Of a DNA stretch of 64,000 nucleotides, positions 1-12,234 are shown one piece after another. The position numbers were made by a program, and so were the translations under genes. This stretch comes from Phoronis australis (lineage: Eukaryota > Animalia > Phoronida), in the NCBI GenBank assembly GCA_002633005.1, contig NMRA01000054.1, positions 500,952 through 564,951 on the forward strand. Direction: 5' to 3'. Position 1 is the first letter of the stretch; each line of letters starts with the position of its first letter. The notes under the pieces are model-generated. The model did no database searches. It worked only from the letters and a program-made list of their open reading frames with translations, and was not told the origin of the DNA.

Positions 1-329
1 ATATCTGGACATAATATTCCTACCGGCATTCCGAAAGCCTAACGTTACTCCCGTCCGATTTGGCGCGAGATGTCGTTTACAAGTTCGCGCTGACTGCCCA
101 CTAAAACCTGTTAGCCAATCACCTTTGCGTGTTGTGATAAGTGATGTTTCAAGAAGCCAATCTCACACGAAGAATAGTCTTAACTTTTCGGTCAAAGGTC
201 AACAGTCTGTAGTAACTTTATTATGATTTGGCGTCGTTTTATATTGATTGCAGTTTCTCAGCTGCTTTCGTCTTAAGTGGATGAGGAGTACGAGTCGCCT
301 ATAACGGCAATTGTGCAACCCATCTGCTA

Positions 330-464
330 AATTGCTTGCGAGTGTAACGTCTTAGTCTCATGAGTATACCCCTGTCCTCGGTACTGAAAGTCTACTAAGG
401 ATTTTCAGTAGGCCTACCGAGGACAGGGATTTACTCATGAGACATAATATACTCGTTAGTAATT
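330..464. repeat. imperfect palindrome / small fold-back element
   Basis: gtctcatgagta-t-acccctgtcctcggta..ctgaaa inverted as tttcag..taccgaggacaggg-a-tttactcatgagac. Confidence 0.7.
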
Positions 465-2496
465 ATAGGCCGGCCAGTCATGAAGTGATTAGACATCAGT
501 TCATGATCACCCCGATCCCTCCCACAAACTTTAAATAACGCAATGAAACATTCAGAAAGTTAAGGCAGCTGGCACAAATTGGTCAAAAGATCCGTGTCTG
601 CGTGTCGTGCCTCTCTCAAGAGCAAGGTTAATTTTACTCGAAACTGGCAATCGAAGATATGTTGCTCGAATTTCCCAATATGTCAGTTATATTTTACGAG
701 AGCAACGTTGATTCATGGCTTTTCGATCCCGCAGAGGGAGTTAATTAGTAAGGTTTCTAATTTTTGTGTATCAGGCATCTACGATGATGAGTATAGGTGA
801 GGGCGAAGCCCCCGAACAGCTTCGCAAGACTGTTCTCAGTCGTCTTCATGAGCGGCGCGGCAATGAAAAAAGTGGGGGGCCATAGCCCCCCAGCTCATGC
901 ACGCCGCCCAAGCTTCTGTCCTCGCTGTCGCCGTTTGGTGTGGACCTGGTTCGATCAGCGATCAGCATGGAACCGACTGGAAGGCAACCGTCGATTCTAT
1001 TGGTAAACGAGACGCTGATTGTATGACAACGATCGTTGGCTACGTACTGCAGTAGGCCCCTACTTGCATAGTGTTTTTTGACTTACATCAAGCTGGCTTA
1101 ATGGCAACAGCGTTCATGTTTGTCCTAGGTTGTCTTTTACGTGTTGGGGCAGTTTGCCACTCACATGTAGTCGGCTAAATGGCAACAGTAGTTATGCGCT
1201 TGTCCTTGGTAGAACCAGAACCATTTAATTGGTACGTCATACAAGATTATGCCGTTACACGGGCTGCCTGTATGCAACTTATATATTACCGCTACTGAAT
1301 CACTGTTTATTCAACGGCTTACAGATCCGCGGCTTTCAACACCTCGATCTAACATCTGCTAACGTACGTAAAGGATAAAATAAGATAACAGATAAATACA
1401 ATGAAAGACTCTCTGTGGAGAAAGTCACAGGTCTATTGCACAACAATGCACAAATGTCACTCCAGAAAGCCATAGGCTCCTAAAAAGATGAGAAGTTTGT
1501 GAAGATAATTTAATGGAAATACGAATTCCGCGTTGCAGGACAAATGAGGCACCAGAAACGATTCGAGCACGAAAAAATTCCCATGGTCCGGACTAACTGA
1601 GAGTAATTTGCTGAGAAATCTACATGTATAAATATGAAAACTTGTTTCTCGGCTCCACTGTGCACTGCTTATCGGGTAGTCTATTACAAACGTGCCAGAA
1701 TCACCCCCATCGTATAGAAAATTCCTCACCAAGAAGTGATCTACATCGCACACGTTAAATATCCTCACAAGTTCTAATTTAAAGCTCTCTGTTCAATTCT
1801 CAATAATAAATTCTTAACCGAAGTCAAAGATTTTATAGTTACCTGGGATATAGTACCTTTGCCGAAGTGCTATTACCACACTTATCCGATTTGAAATTAT
1901 TGCCGGGCCGAATGAAGCAGCACGAGCCATTTTCGAATCAGTAATTTTAGATGTTCTTAAATAGGTAATTGTTTGTAACGGAAATGTGTCAGAGTGCTTT
2001 TAAAGACCTTACTCGATTTTCGTTTTTAGCCAGATCTGAACAGGACGAAATGGAACAAGCCACGTTTATTTCAATTGCACTTTAGTGAAGGCTGTTCCAC
2101 TTACACTCGCCAACTGACTGTGACGTTATGGCCCGGGTGATCTGTACACAACTCGAAAACTGACTGGTTGCGTGGCACGCTTCGAGTAAACTTTAAAAAA
2201 TTGTCCTCCAACCCATCGTACGATGAGTCCAGTCTAAGACCGTAGTTTTGATCCTGTGCCCGGGACAGTTGCTCCATGTGATTAATCTATATGACCTGCA
2301 TACGTTAGCACTAGTTGTCGTCAATTTCGTCTTGATAAGCGTTAAAAATCCGTAAACTACTGGTAGTAATTTGGGAATTAGCGGAAGGCTTGACTTTGGC
2401 GCAGGCAGCAGTTTGGGCTGCATAGTACCACATCAAGTGGACGGCGCACCACCCCACTCACTTTTTTCAGTGCTGCGCCGCCCAGGCATGTACCAC

Positions 2497-2752
2497 ATGC
2501 GCGCACCCAGCCTTTAGTTTCGGGGCCGGGGCTCGAATTTCTGGCCAAGTGGACCTTTTGCCGACCAAAAAGCTGGAGGACTAAAAAAAACGGGGTACCA
2601 CCTTCAGTGAAGTGTGCGTCTGCGCCTTTTTAGTGGACCTTTTTTCTCGTTTCCTCGGACTTTTTGTTTCTCAGAGGCGGACCTTTTCTGCCCACTTCGT
2701 CAAATGGGGGAGGAGCTCGTTCGAGTCCCCCCGAGCCCGGCCCCCCCCCCCC
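2497..2752 (+). mobile_element. short non-autonomous TIR element (CATGCGCGCACC terminus), cut by a gap
   Basis: internal sequence homologous to 51794-52043 (cctttttagtg..gacctttt..cccactt..caaatggg..ctcgttc). Confidence 0.65.
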
Positions 2753-2844
2753 NNNNNNNNNNNNNNNATGTACCGCCGTCTGAACTGGTTCAGCGTAATT
2801 AGCACAATATATGTAGCCACTTTCTGAAAGCACAGGGGTGTCCA

Positions 2845-3455
2845 TGCTTAATAAACTTGGTACTGACCGTATAGTTATCTCACTTCGACGCCTCACTGAA
2901 CCAGTCGCAGACAATTTTAGGTAAGCCTGCACCATCACTAGCAAACACAACGTTCTGAGGCGATGCCGACCCTGCGGTTCCGCCAAACTCAAAAAACTTA
3001 GGCAAGTGACACCTTGGTTATACATGTCATGGGGAGCAGCTCACTGGTCCGAAGTTGCACTGTGACTAATCCCCAGGTTACTGGTCTGAAGGTACACTAG
3101 TTCGAAGGTCTTCTATCAGTGGCGGATCTAGGATATCACAAGGGGGGGGGCCCAACATTTTGTCCGGCTGGAAGCATTTGCGCNTGCTTAATAAACTTGG
3201 TACTGACCGTATAGTTATCTCACTTCGACGCCTCACTGAACCAGTCGCAGACAATTTTAGGTAAGCCTGCACCATCACTAGCAAACACAACGTTCTGAGG
3301 CGATGCCGACCCTGCGGTTCCGCCAAACTCAAAAACTTAGGCAAGTGACACCTTGGTTATACATGTCATGGGGAGCAGCTCACTGGTCCGAAGTTGCACT
3401 GTGACTAATCCCCAGGTTACTGGTCTGAAGGTACACTAGTTCGAAGGTCTTCTAT
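2845..3455. repeat. near-identical ~272 bp direct duplication around a single N (haplotype or assembly overlap)
   Basis: 2845-3116 = 3185-3455 except one A in a homopolymer; N at 3184. Confidence 0.85.
3117..3183 (+). mobile_element. 5' end of a CAGTGGCGGATCTA-family (hAT-like) element
   Basis: same terminus as 20045 and similar to 41147 and 47777. Confidence 0.7.
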
Positions 3456-4320
3456 AAATATTGCGGAGCTGAGTCTTAAAGCATGAAAATGCAATTTGAC
3501 ATTCTACAAAACTCGCGGATACATTGTAACAAGCGTAGCTGGACCTTGAATCAGTCCGACACAGGTATTCGGAAAACTGGGCTGTAACCCGACTCCCGAG
3601 GCATGATTTGAAGTCCAATTTTGCGCGCGCGGTAAACCCGAACAGTTGTGGGCGGTTGTTTTCGCCACTGCGACTATCAACCGATGTAGTGTTTATTATT
3701 GCATGTAGAAAAAATATGAAAAGTACACCGAGTCCGAACCCTTATATATTCGGCCTAGTGCACCTTCGAACTAGCCATGCTCCTTCGGAATACACCCATG
3801 TCGTTTATATGGGCCCGGCGATATCGGGATTCCCTTGTGTTGTATTTCTGACTTTACGGGGACATTTATTATGCAACATAGTGCCTGTATCTACTACGCT
3901 CCACTCTGTCTGTGCTTGTATCCTTCAGCAGTCCGCGACCCAGGCTCTCAATATCTTTTTGCACTCGCGACGTGATGTGAGACGGTCCGACGTTATAAAT
4001 TACACAGGGGCTAAACTCTGAGTTGAAATGTCTCAAAGATGCAACAGGAATTCAAGATTTACATTATTATTTTCATGTTGCATGAACGTCTCCTAATTCA
4101 TTACATTAGGCCTACTAACTTTCCAATTTTCACTGAGCGCATAATTTGTCGTGTCAAATCATTGTTTGAGATTTGACCATGACACTGGCAAGTTTTCTTT
4201 TCGAGGAATAAAAACCGCACACGACGACCGGAAGAACGAGTTTGCGATCTATTTTTTTAAGTCAAAATACGTCATATGTCATACCTTGTCAGCTGGCTAA
4301 ATGTCGTAAGTGTATAAGTT

Positions 4321-4414
4321 ATTGGAGAGACTAGCGTAGCAGACCAATAATAGATTTCCTATACTGAGGCATGTCGGGAAATATACGGAAGTTCAAATCA
4401 AAATAATGGCGGCC
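4321..4414 (+). promoter_or_regulatory. DEPDC7-like proximal promoter
   Basis: ATTGG 4321, CCAAT 4344, ETS-like CGGAAG 4386, reverse CHR TTCAAA 4392, YY1-like AATGGCGGC over the ATG; CpG-enriched. Confidence 0.5.
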
Positions 4415-4445
4415 CCCTTGTCGCCCTCTACGCCGCAAATGAGGA
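4406..4445 (+). CDS. DEPDC7: DEPDC7-like exon 1 (MAAPLSPSTPQMR..)
   Basis: ATG in aataATGG context just after promoter-like motifs; donor A|gtacgt in phase 1 joins exon 2 (A+GA = Arg) in frame. Confidence 0.7.
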
Positions 4446-5850
4446 GTACGTATCTTTGTTCTGTCCAATGTTCTAAAATACTTGGTGGTATTGATCTTGA
4501 TTGGTGGTATTGATCTTGATCTTGTCGTATTTCACAAACACTGATACGCTATAGTGTGAATGCGAGGAACCAACCTGAAATGGTTCAGCAGAGCAGAGTT
4601 GATACCCCGGTTTGGTGCAAAGCCAGGTTGCAATTATTAGCAGTGTAGTAATATGTATGCCAAATACGATACATCTAGATGGCTGGCTAAGCTGTTGGTT
4701 GAGTTGAACTTGCTGTTTGACACGTCTGAGTTGCCAGTGGGCAGTTCTACACTGCTGATGCTGTCACTGACTTTACCAAGATGGTGTTTTTTGTTTTCTT
4801 CGATTTCAACTAAAGATCACAGGTCCCTCAACTCAGTCATCTGAGGGAAAAGTAGCCAGCCAACTAGCTGTGTGAAGACTATCATATAATTAGTATACAG
4901 CTTTGCACCAAGGCTAAGGGAAAAGGTGCCTGTGCCTCCTGAGGGGGGATTTGTTGGTTGAGGCCATGAGGGAATGCCCTGTCACCACCAATTCCATTCT
5001 CCCCCTAGACTGTACCACCAATCGTCTGAACTTGGTTCACACTCCTTTTTAGCAATGCCTCAACAATGCCAAACTAACGTTTTGCTAAATTATTCTAAGT
5101 TTGATGAGGGAATTTTTTATCATTGTAGCAGTTTTTAATAGGAAAAGAACGATTTTCAAAAAATTTTCAAAATCAAAACTTTAATTTCTATTGATTTTCC
5201 ATTGGCAATTGAACCTAAATTGTCATGGATTATCAGACAAATGCCCCTTCTTACCTTTGGAATGGTGAATGTTGGGACTGACAGACTGTCTCAATGCCCG
5301 CAATTCAGATTTCAATATGGCACAACAAAACATCACTCAGACTGTGAGTCTCTGTAAGAAATGTTTTTAATATTGAAATGGAAATGGTGCTAAAATTGCA
5401 AATATTGCACTGATTTTTAAAATTTGTGTTTCACACTGTCTAGCAAAAAATGATGGTAGTAATTATTATTTTGTGTATAAAATTAATCAAATCAAACTAT
5501 ACTTTTCTCATCTTATGAAGCCCGATTTGCATTGCTGCAAATAGTAAACAACTTAGGCATTGTTGATTGACAGAGTTGTAAAACAGTGTAACCGCCTTGA
5601 TCAAACTTAGTTTACAACATTTACTCATTTTTTTCTAATGTTCCATTCTAAAAGCACTGAGCCTACTGGATTGTATAGAAATTGATTTGGTTGCATCCGA
5701 TCTTTGATTACTACTGTGAACCTTGGTTTCAACATGTGTTTTTGAAGCATGCTGGGAGAGTTCTTTCTAATGCATTTCAAAAGGGGGTGTTTAAGTGATG
5801 AAAAGGGAATTATCTTAGAAATAAAGCTTTATCTGTGTTTTGTCTTCCAG

Positions 5851-6053
5851 GACCCATGTTTAAGGCCACTCAGCTATGGCACACAATTATAACTTATCTC
5901 CATCGAAATGTGGCTGTTAAGAAGAGGCGTCATTTAATGAAAACCTTTGACGACTGTTTCACTGGTTCTGATGCAGTCTCGGTTATTTTACGGTATCTTT
6001 TATCGGATAATATTAACTTTGCACAGGATATTTCACGCTTGAAAGCTCAGAAG
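5851..6053 (+). CDS. DEPDC7: DEPDC7-like exon 2, DEP domain N-part
   Basis: ttccag| acceptor, AAG|gtgaga donor; PMFKATQLWHTII..VKKRRHLMKTFDDCFTGSDAV resembles the DEPDC7/DEPDC1 DEP domain (PFxATxxW..KKRRH..DCFxGSEAV). Confidence 0.92.
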
Positions 6054-6529
6054 GTGAGATGTTTTCGTTTCACACATAATTTTTCTTTTGAATAGGAGTG
6101 ATATTGACTTTAATACTGAAGTTCATTATTAAATATATAATGCAGTATGATTTCAAATTATTTCATGGATTTTGAAAATTATACAATCATAAGGCAGAAT
6201 TTTTTTCATGGAAAACTATTAATAATAATTAATCGATGAAGTTGATTTTTAAATCTCATGGGATTCCTCTCTGGAAGACAATGTATACGGTTATGTTTTT
6301 AACGTATTGACTTTATATATTACTGGCTTCATAAATGACAGGGTCAGATTTCTGTCTTTATAAATTATGAGGAATTTTACTGGGTGGTTAGTATCAATGA
6401 AGTGCCTGTCAACCTGTATTATAAATGCATGCATTTGGATAGACATGTCATATGGTGGCCATATGCCACTAGTGTCCCCATGAGGGTGAACAGCTTTCTG
6501 CTGACAGTTTATTCATGAGCCCCACTTAA

Positions 6530-7948
6530 GGGTATCTCAAACTTTATACACAAAAAATTGGCCATTTTTACAATATTTCATATGTGTCTAGCAAAATACC
6601 TTATCTTCATTCTCGGGGAACTTCAAATACAAAACACTTGCTGTGTAGCAAAAAAAAAGATTTAGCAGAACCACCGTGGAACCGAACAACCGCGTGGATA
6701 TTTGTTTGCTACTTATTCAAGGTCAAAGGTTACATGGCAGTCGCTCAAATCAAATCTCCTGCCAAGTACAGAGCTGCTTCGTATGTACTCTCCATCCTTT
6801 CATTCACCGAGTCGCCATAACAGAGTCAACGAGGTGAACTTGTGATAGAACGGTGCCGGGGAAAACAAAAACAAAACGTAATTCTAATCCTTAGGGAGTT
6901 GTGCGTCTACATGCATACGAGCATTGAGAACGAATGCTACAAGACGCCTCACGCCTCTGTGGTCATGAACACAGCAAGCTGTGAAAAGAGATATATCCTC
7001 ACCCAAATTCCTTAATTCAATAAGTATATTGACATTTTGTTATTTCAATCTCATGCTAACGACATGCTTTAATCACCGACTCGATTTTTGTTATCCATTT
7101 CTTACTCGGTTTTGTATCAGTCTCCCGGCACATGATGTGTACAGACTGTGTTAATAACAATGAACTGTGACTTACTTAAAAGTAGGTCAAACAACAGTAA
7201 CAGTTGGTCATAGCTCGTGGCTGGGAATGGTGCATTTTCATGATAATTAAGTTAATTACGCTCTGCAAATTCAGTTCACATTGCGAGTGAATGTTGAAAT
7301 AGCTAACGTGGTTAAGGCATGTATAGGTTGTATTGACTGAAAACAAGTTTTCACTGAATAATTAACAGAAGACTTTGAGATTTTCACTCATCCCAGTTTA
7401 AGTGGCTTTTTCTCGGTTTCGGCAAATCAACTTTATTTGAACTTAGGAACACAAGTTCTCAAAAACGACTTAGTGGAATTCGCTGAAACTTTCCAAACTT
7501 AATATTTATTCATCAAATTCAAAAATGCTTTTAGGATTTTTGATAAAAAGTCCTAGTTTTGGTGTAATGTATGAAAGACGAATACGACTTCTATTTATTA
7601 CAAAAATTCCTTACATTTTGCAATTTGATTTGTCGTTGAATCCAAACCAAAGGAGTAATCGAAAATTCCTAAACATTTTTTGAGGTAACTGGTGAAGTTT
7701 TCATTTAAAAAAGGTTTCACTGAAATCGACCGAGGGGTTACTTTGCTATGAATGTACCTTTCTTAAAAATGAAATTTTGACTTAAAAAAGGTGTTAGCAT
7801 AATAATAATGATGTTATATAGATGCAAAACATATTTTTATGTTCCTTGAACTTTTTTCTTTCAGAAAATATATACTTTTACTAGTTGACACAGCTTTTTT
7901 TGATATGTGAATTAGAATGGAGACCACTAAATGAGGTTTGAGATAACC
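6530..7948. mobile_element. non-autonomous DNA transposon with TTAA TSD (Kolobok-like)
   Basis: TTAA|GGGTATCTCAAAC ... GTTTGAGATAACC|TTAA; RR..YY termini; no ORF. Confidence 0.65.
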
Positions 7949-8020
7949 TTAACTTAGCAAATGTTGCGCCATCTATTGGGCTGTATCCAAGTCTCATGTT
8001 TTACACCCTTGTGTCTACAG

Positions 8021-8217
8021 CTATGCCAACTTCTGATGGAGAGCCATGTGTTTGAACCTGTCTCCAAAGAAAAAGAGGACCGAGACTCCAAGTTCGAAGA
8101 CAGCCACTCAAAGTTCTATCGATTTCTTCATGTGCATGGTCATGCTGGAGCGCTACCTGCTGGACAAAGTCCAAAAATGCATCACTTAAGTGTGGCAAAA
8201 GTGGGGAAAATGTCCAG
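8021..8217 (+). CDS. DEPDC7: DEPDC7-like exon 3, DEP domain C-part
   Basis: ctacag| acceptor phase 0; LCQLLMESHVFEPV..FEDSHSKFYRF resembles DEPDC7 CQALM..VFE..FEDS..LYRF; AG|gtacat donor. Confidence 0.9.
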
Positions 8218-8839
8218 GTACATTTCACTGACAGCTTGTAAGGTGTGGTGTGTATTTAAAAAGGATTCTGTGTGATGAGTACTTTCAGCCTGTGGTGTTG
8301 TATGTTCCATTATTTTTTGGCTTCAAGATCCACATAGCAGTCTCAGAATCATGTAATATATGTTCATTGTATCTGTTGTCGTGGTGCCCGACGAGTGTAC
8401 ACAAATGATAAGAAATATTTTCTATCTATTTACTTGATTTTTGATACATTCAAGTGGTTTTCATGTCATATATAGATGTAACCTAGCATTTTATTGGTGT
8501 AACAGTTTACTTAGCTTTTTAGATCCATACAGATGTACATTATATGCCAAAAATAATCAAGAACAATGACACGGAATTGCCTGACATGACGACTGAACGC
8601 AAGAGGAACTTTCCATCAGAATGACCTGTCATGTCGAAAAAATGCTATTTGTCTGATTACTTTTGGCGATTTCTGTAGTGGCAGAAAGTGATTTTTTTAA
8701 TAGTCCCTCGTTTTGGACACAAGTGAAATGCCGAGGCTGCTCAAAACAGTCCTCTTCAGAACCACAGATATGTAAGCTTCAGAAAGTTAGGTATCAAGAT
8801 TTACTTTATTACACGGTCCCATTTCCTTTATTTATTTAG

Positions 8840-8854
8840 TCCAGTTGAGGAGAG
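8840..8854 (+). CDS. DEPDC7: candidate 15-nt frame-preserving microexon (adds SPVEE)
   Basis: polypyrimidine acceptor cccatttcctttatttatttag|, consensus donor GAG|gtaagt, phase 2-2, no stop. Confidence 0.5.
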
Positions 8855-9876
8855 GTAAGTACTTGCTATGGTGCCCCTTACATTAGGTGAACTTGTATTT
8901 GTATTGCACTGATTGGCTTTTGATGTCTCTTGCTGGGGTTTCGTGATTTTGTGCATCATAGAAAGTTGCCTTACCAAACTCTCAACATTTGTTAGAGATC
9001 AAATAAAAATGCGGTACTCATTAATGTCCAAGGTGCTTAAGTTGGAGAAACCAAAACTCAAAATTGTCTAGAAGTTGTGGGTGGGTGTTTACCCAAATGG
9101 TTAATTTGGGTAAACTCCTAGGGAATTACAGTTCGTCGGACTTGCGTACAAGAGCAAAATAAAACATTGTAGGAGATTTTGAGTAATTTACCACCTGGGT
9201 AAGGCAAGGTGTTGCTAAAACCCAGACCATTTGTTACTGAAAGGTAAACAAGTTGTGGGATCTAAAATCTATGTGTGTCGGGCTAACACAAAGACTTGGG
9301 TGCTTTCAAGGAAGTCTTAACTGTGAGGGCTGGCACTAAGATTCTTCTTAAAATTTTGTGTTGGTAGTTACTGTGGCTTTGTGTTCGTTTTGTATACCTG
9401 CTGCTGTCCTCCGAATATGTTCTCACTTCTCAGTCTCTGGTAGTGCCTGACTCGCGTGACTATTTTGTTTGTTGTGTCATTAGATAGTTATAGAACAACA
9501 AAGCGCATGTGTCAAGCTATGGATCTTGTTTATGTTCTCATTCCGCTTCACTAAATACTTGTTCAGCTAAAATCATACAAGGTGCATACAAAACAAATTT
9601 CAGTTGCAAATTCACTAGCATGAGAGTGACGAATGTTGAAATAATTTTTCTGTGATATCATGATTAGCTCAAGAGCAGCTGTGCACAACTGTGGAACAAG
9701 TGCCCTACACCTGCACAGCATTACGGGGAAATAAATATGACCGCTAAATTATAATTGCCTTGAAAATACGGCAGAACCAGAAGGTATTGTTGTATTTTAG
9801 CATGTGGTAATTGAACTACATCAGTGTTTACTTTCTTAAACACCTGATCAATATCGTATTTACATTTTCTCCCTAG

Positions 9877-9996
9877 AATTACTGGTGACGTTGAGGCCAA
9901 CCTGTTGGATGGCAGTGACACCATTGGGAACCCAGTGGTTGTGACACGGCAAGGTCTGATACTACAGGAGATTATGAACATCACCAGCTCTTACAG
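9877..9996 (+). CDS. DEPDC7: DEPDC7-like exon 4 (linker)
   Basis: ttttctccctag| acceptor; open in the required phase 2-2 (RITGDVEANLLDGSDTIGNPVVVTRQGLILQEIMNITSSYR); donor gtcaga is weak and an alternative in-frame donor follows 10029. Confidence 0.7.
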
Positions 9997-10776
9997 GTCA
10001 GATATCCTGTTGAAATGCCGAAGACACGGGTGAATCTGTCTTGAATGATACCATACCTGTATGGGTTAATGCCCCTGCTGTTGTAATTGAGAAAATCAAA
10101 AGTCAGGTGGTGGGTGTCAAACTGCATGCACAGATCACGGACAGGGGCCTAAATTCAAGTGATGTTAAAAAGTAAGGGTGCATTTATTTCATTGGAAGTG
10201 ATACCCCGAACAGGTGCAGTGGTTAGTCTTGTGTTTCTATGCAGTCAAAATCCAAACCACCAAAATACCTTGCATGTTTGATAATGGAAATTGAACAAAC
10301 GTTCAAAATGCCTCAGTTATTACAAAATATGTGTTTGCTTTATTAGGGAATTAAGATTCTATCCAATCAAGGATTAGTTAATTTATGAGAGGTTGAGTGT
10401 GGCTCTAAATCTTCATGCATTTAAAGGCTTTAAAGTGCCATTGCACTTGTATTCACCTAGGAAAGTACACATTTTTTTAGATTAGACCACATATTGCTAT
10501 TAATTTGTAAATTTGGTTTGAATAAAACTGACAGTACGTTATGGCTCGAGACCAGGCTCAGTAAAACAGCCACTTTATCCCCTGAAAAGTAGATTAACCG
10601 ACGGTAATATTCCCGCTCATATTGTGTCATCTGAAAGTCATTACAAAGAATAAGAAAGCAACAACATTGCTGTGAGCAAACATGCCTATGAAGAAAGATG
10701 TCCATTGGCTTAGAAATCGAGTATTTAGTGGCTTTACTTTCTGTAAACTCTCCTACTCGTCTTGTTTTCAATTCAG

Positions 10777-10898
10777 ACGACGAAGCGCTGAAATTCTCCG
10801 CTCCATGTCTCCGGCAAGGCTGCTGAAAATGACAAGACAGTCGTCGTCTCTGGAAGGCGGAGGGCATGTGTTGTCTTCAGAAGAAGCTAAGGTCCAAG
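10777..10898 (+). CDS. DEPDC7: DEPDC7-like exon 5
   Basis: ttttcaattcag| acceptor, G|gtgaat donor, phases 2->1 consistent; RRSAEILRSMSPARLLK. Confidence 0.75.
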
Positions 10899-12062
10899 GT
10901 GAATTTTTTGAATGTCATTAGCATCATTATCATTTGTCCTACATATTTATAGCTGTCTTTGGTTTTGTTGTGCAGCCACGTATTTATTTATATGTGGACG
11001 CATTAAGCTGCCTGTCCATCCGTCTCTGTCTCGAAATCCCTTTGATGTGTGTTCACGAAGTTTTGCATTTGTGTTTCTTTCATGGTTGGGGCGGCATGAG
11101 CGAACTTTCAGACAGATCTGACTATTGGTGTGCCCCATAGTGGAAATGTTATTTTTTACATTTATCTCTGTTTCTTTAAAGGTCCTCAATAGATTTTTAT
11201 GAAAGTTGCGAGAACGGCATCTATTAGTGAAATGAAGTTATCATTCCATTTAGCAAGTGTGTTCCTTTGGAGATGGCAACAGATGACAAGCAGTCTCAGA
11301 CCAACCCAAATACAACTGTGCTCCCTAGTGGTAGTTGTATTTTTTAAATTTCGTTGCTTTTTCGTGAAATTGGGCAAAAAAAAATTCTATTATAAAGATG
11401 ACAGCTCCAATGCTTTTTGTGATGGATTCAACATATTCTGCACCAACTAGTGGCCATTTTAATTATCATTTAGTCTGTTTTTTGTCATCTGCTTCTGTAT
11501 CTGCCAATGCCGAGGATCATAATATGAAAATTGGCAGATGTGTTCTTATTGTGAAGAGCATGACTGACATGGATTTTTCAAACATGTCCTACCACTGTGG
11601 TGCCCCCTAGTGTCCTTTTTCCGCGTCTGTGGCTGTATCTCCTAAACCGTTGCAAGATGTTTTTGACATTTTGCCATTGTCATCCTACCTTTGTAGCTTT
11701 GAAGTTCTTTCATGAAATTTGGCAAATAGTGTTGAGAGACGACAACACCTTCCCATTTTTGGATAGGTTTCATGTATTCTGTACCATCTAATGGCCATTT
11801 TTAATGATACAAATAAACACCCCTAGAAGTACACCCTTTGCAGTACGGTCTTGGGCGCATTTCAACACTCCGCGTTCCTCTTGTTTTTATTTTTAATCAT
11901 TGTGTGCATTTTTATGGTCGTTGTAAACCTTGTGAATAATTAAATTTAATCCAATTGATACTATTTCACTCGTGACAAAATTTTGTCATTGGTTATGTGT
12001 GTTAGTATTACCATTTCCTGCTTTTATGGTTCAGTTTTTTACTGGTTATGCTTTGGTTTCAG

Positions 12063-12234
12063 ACTCAAGTGCAATATTAAAACAGGCAGCCCTTGTTGAG
12101 TTGCTCAGGCTGGTTGACTTACCTTTCCTAGATGACATCTTGCAACTGATGAATGAGCCCCTGGTTCAGCACGCCAAAAGTATGGTTATAGAGAATACAG
12201 AGTATGGCCCCTTCTCACCAGACAGTGATGGGAG
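12063..12234 (+). CDS. DEPDC7: DEPDC7-like exon 6
   Basis: tttcag| acceptor, AG|gtatgg donor; ALVELLRLVDLPFLDDIL resembles family motif LLQLVDLPLLDSLL. Confidence 0.88.

Noticed and set aside
1457-1768. 103-aa minus-strand ORF
   Set aside because: No ATG start, no recognisable domain or splice context
2630-3344. Two similar minus-strand ORFs (FLSLAEPQGRHRL..)
   Set aside because: Produced by the 272-bp duplication; no protein family features or splice support
8679-8771. Open segment with AG and GT ends in DEPDC7-like intron 3
   Set aside because: Phases do not fit the flanking exons; inclusion gives a stop or frameshift
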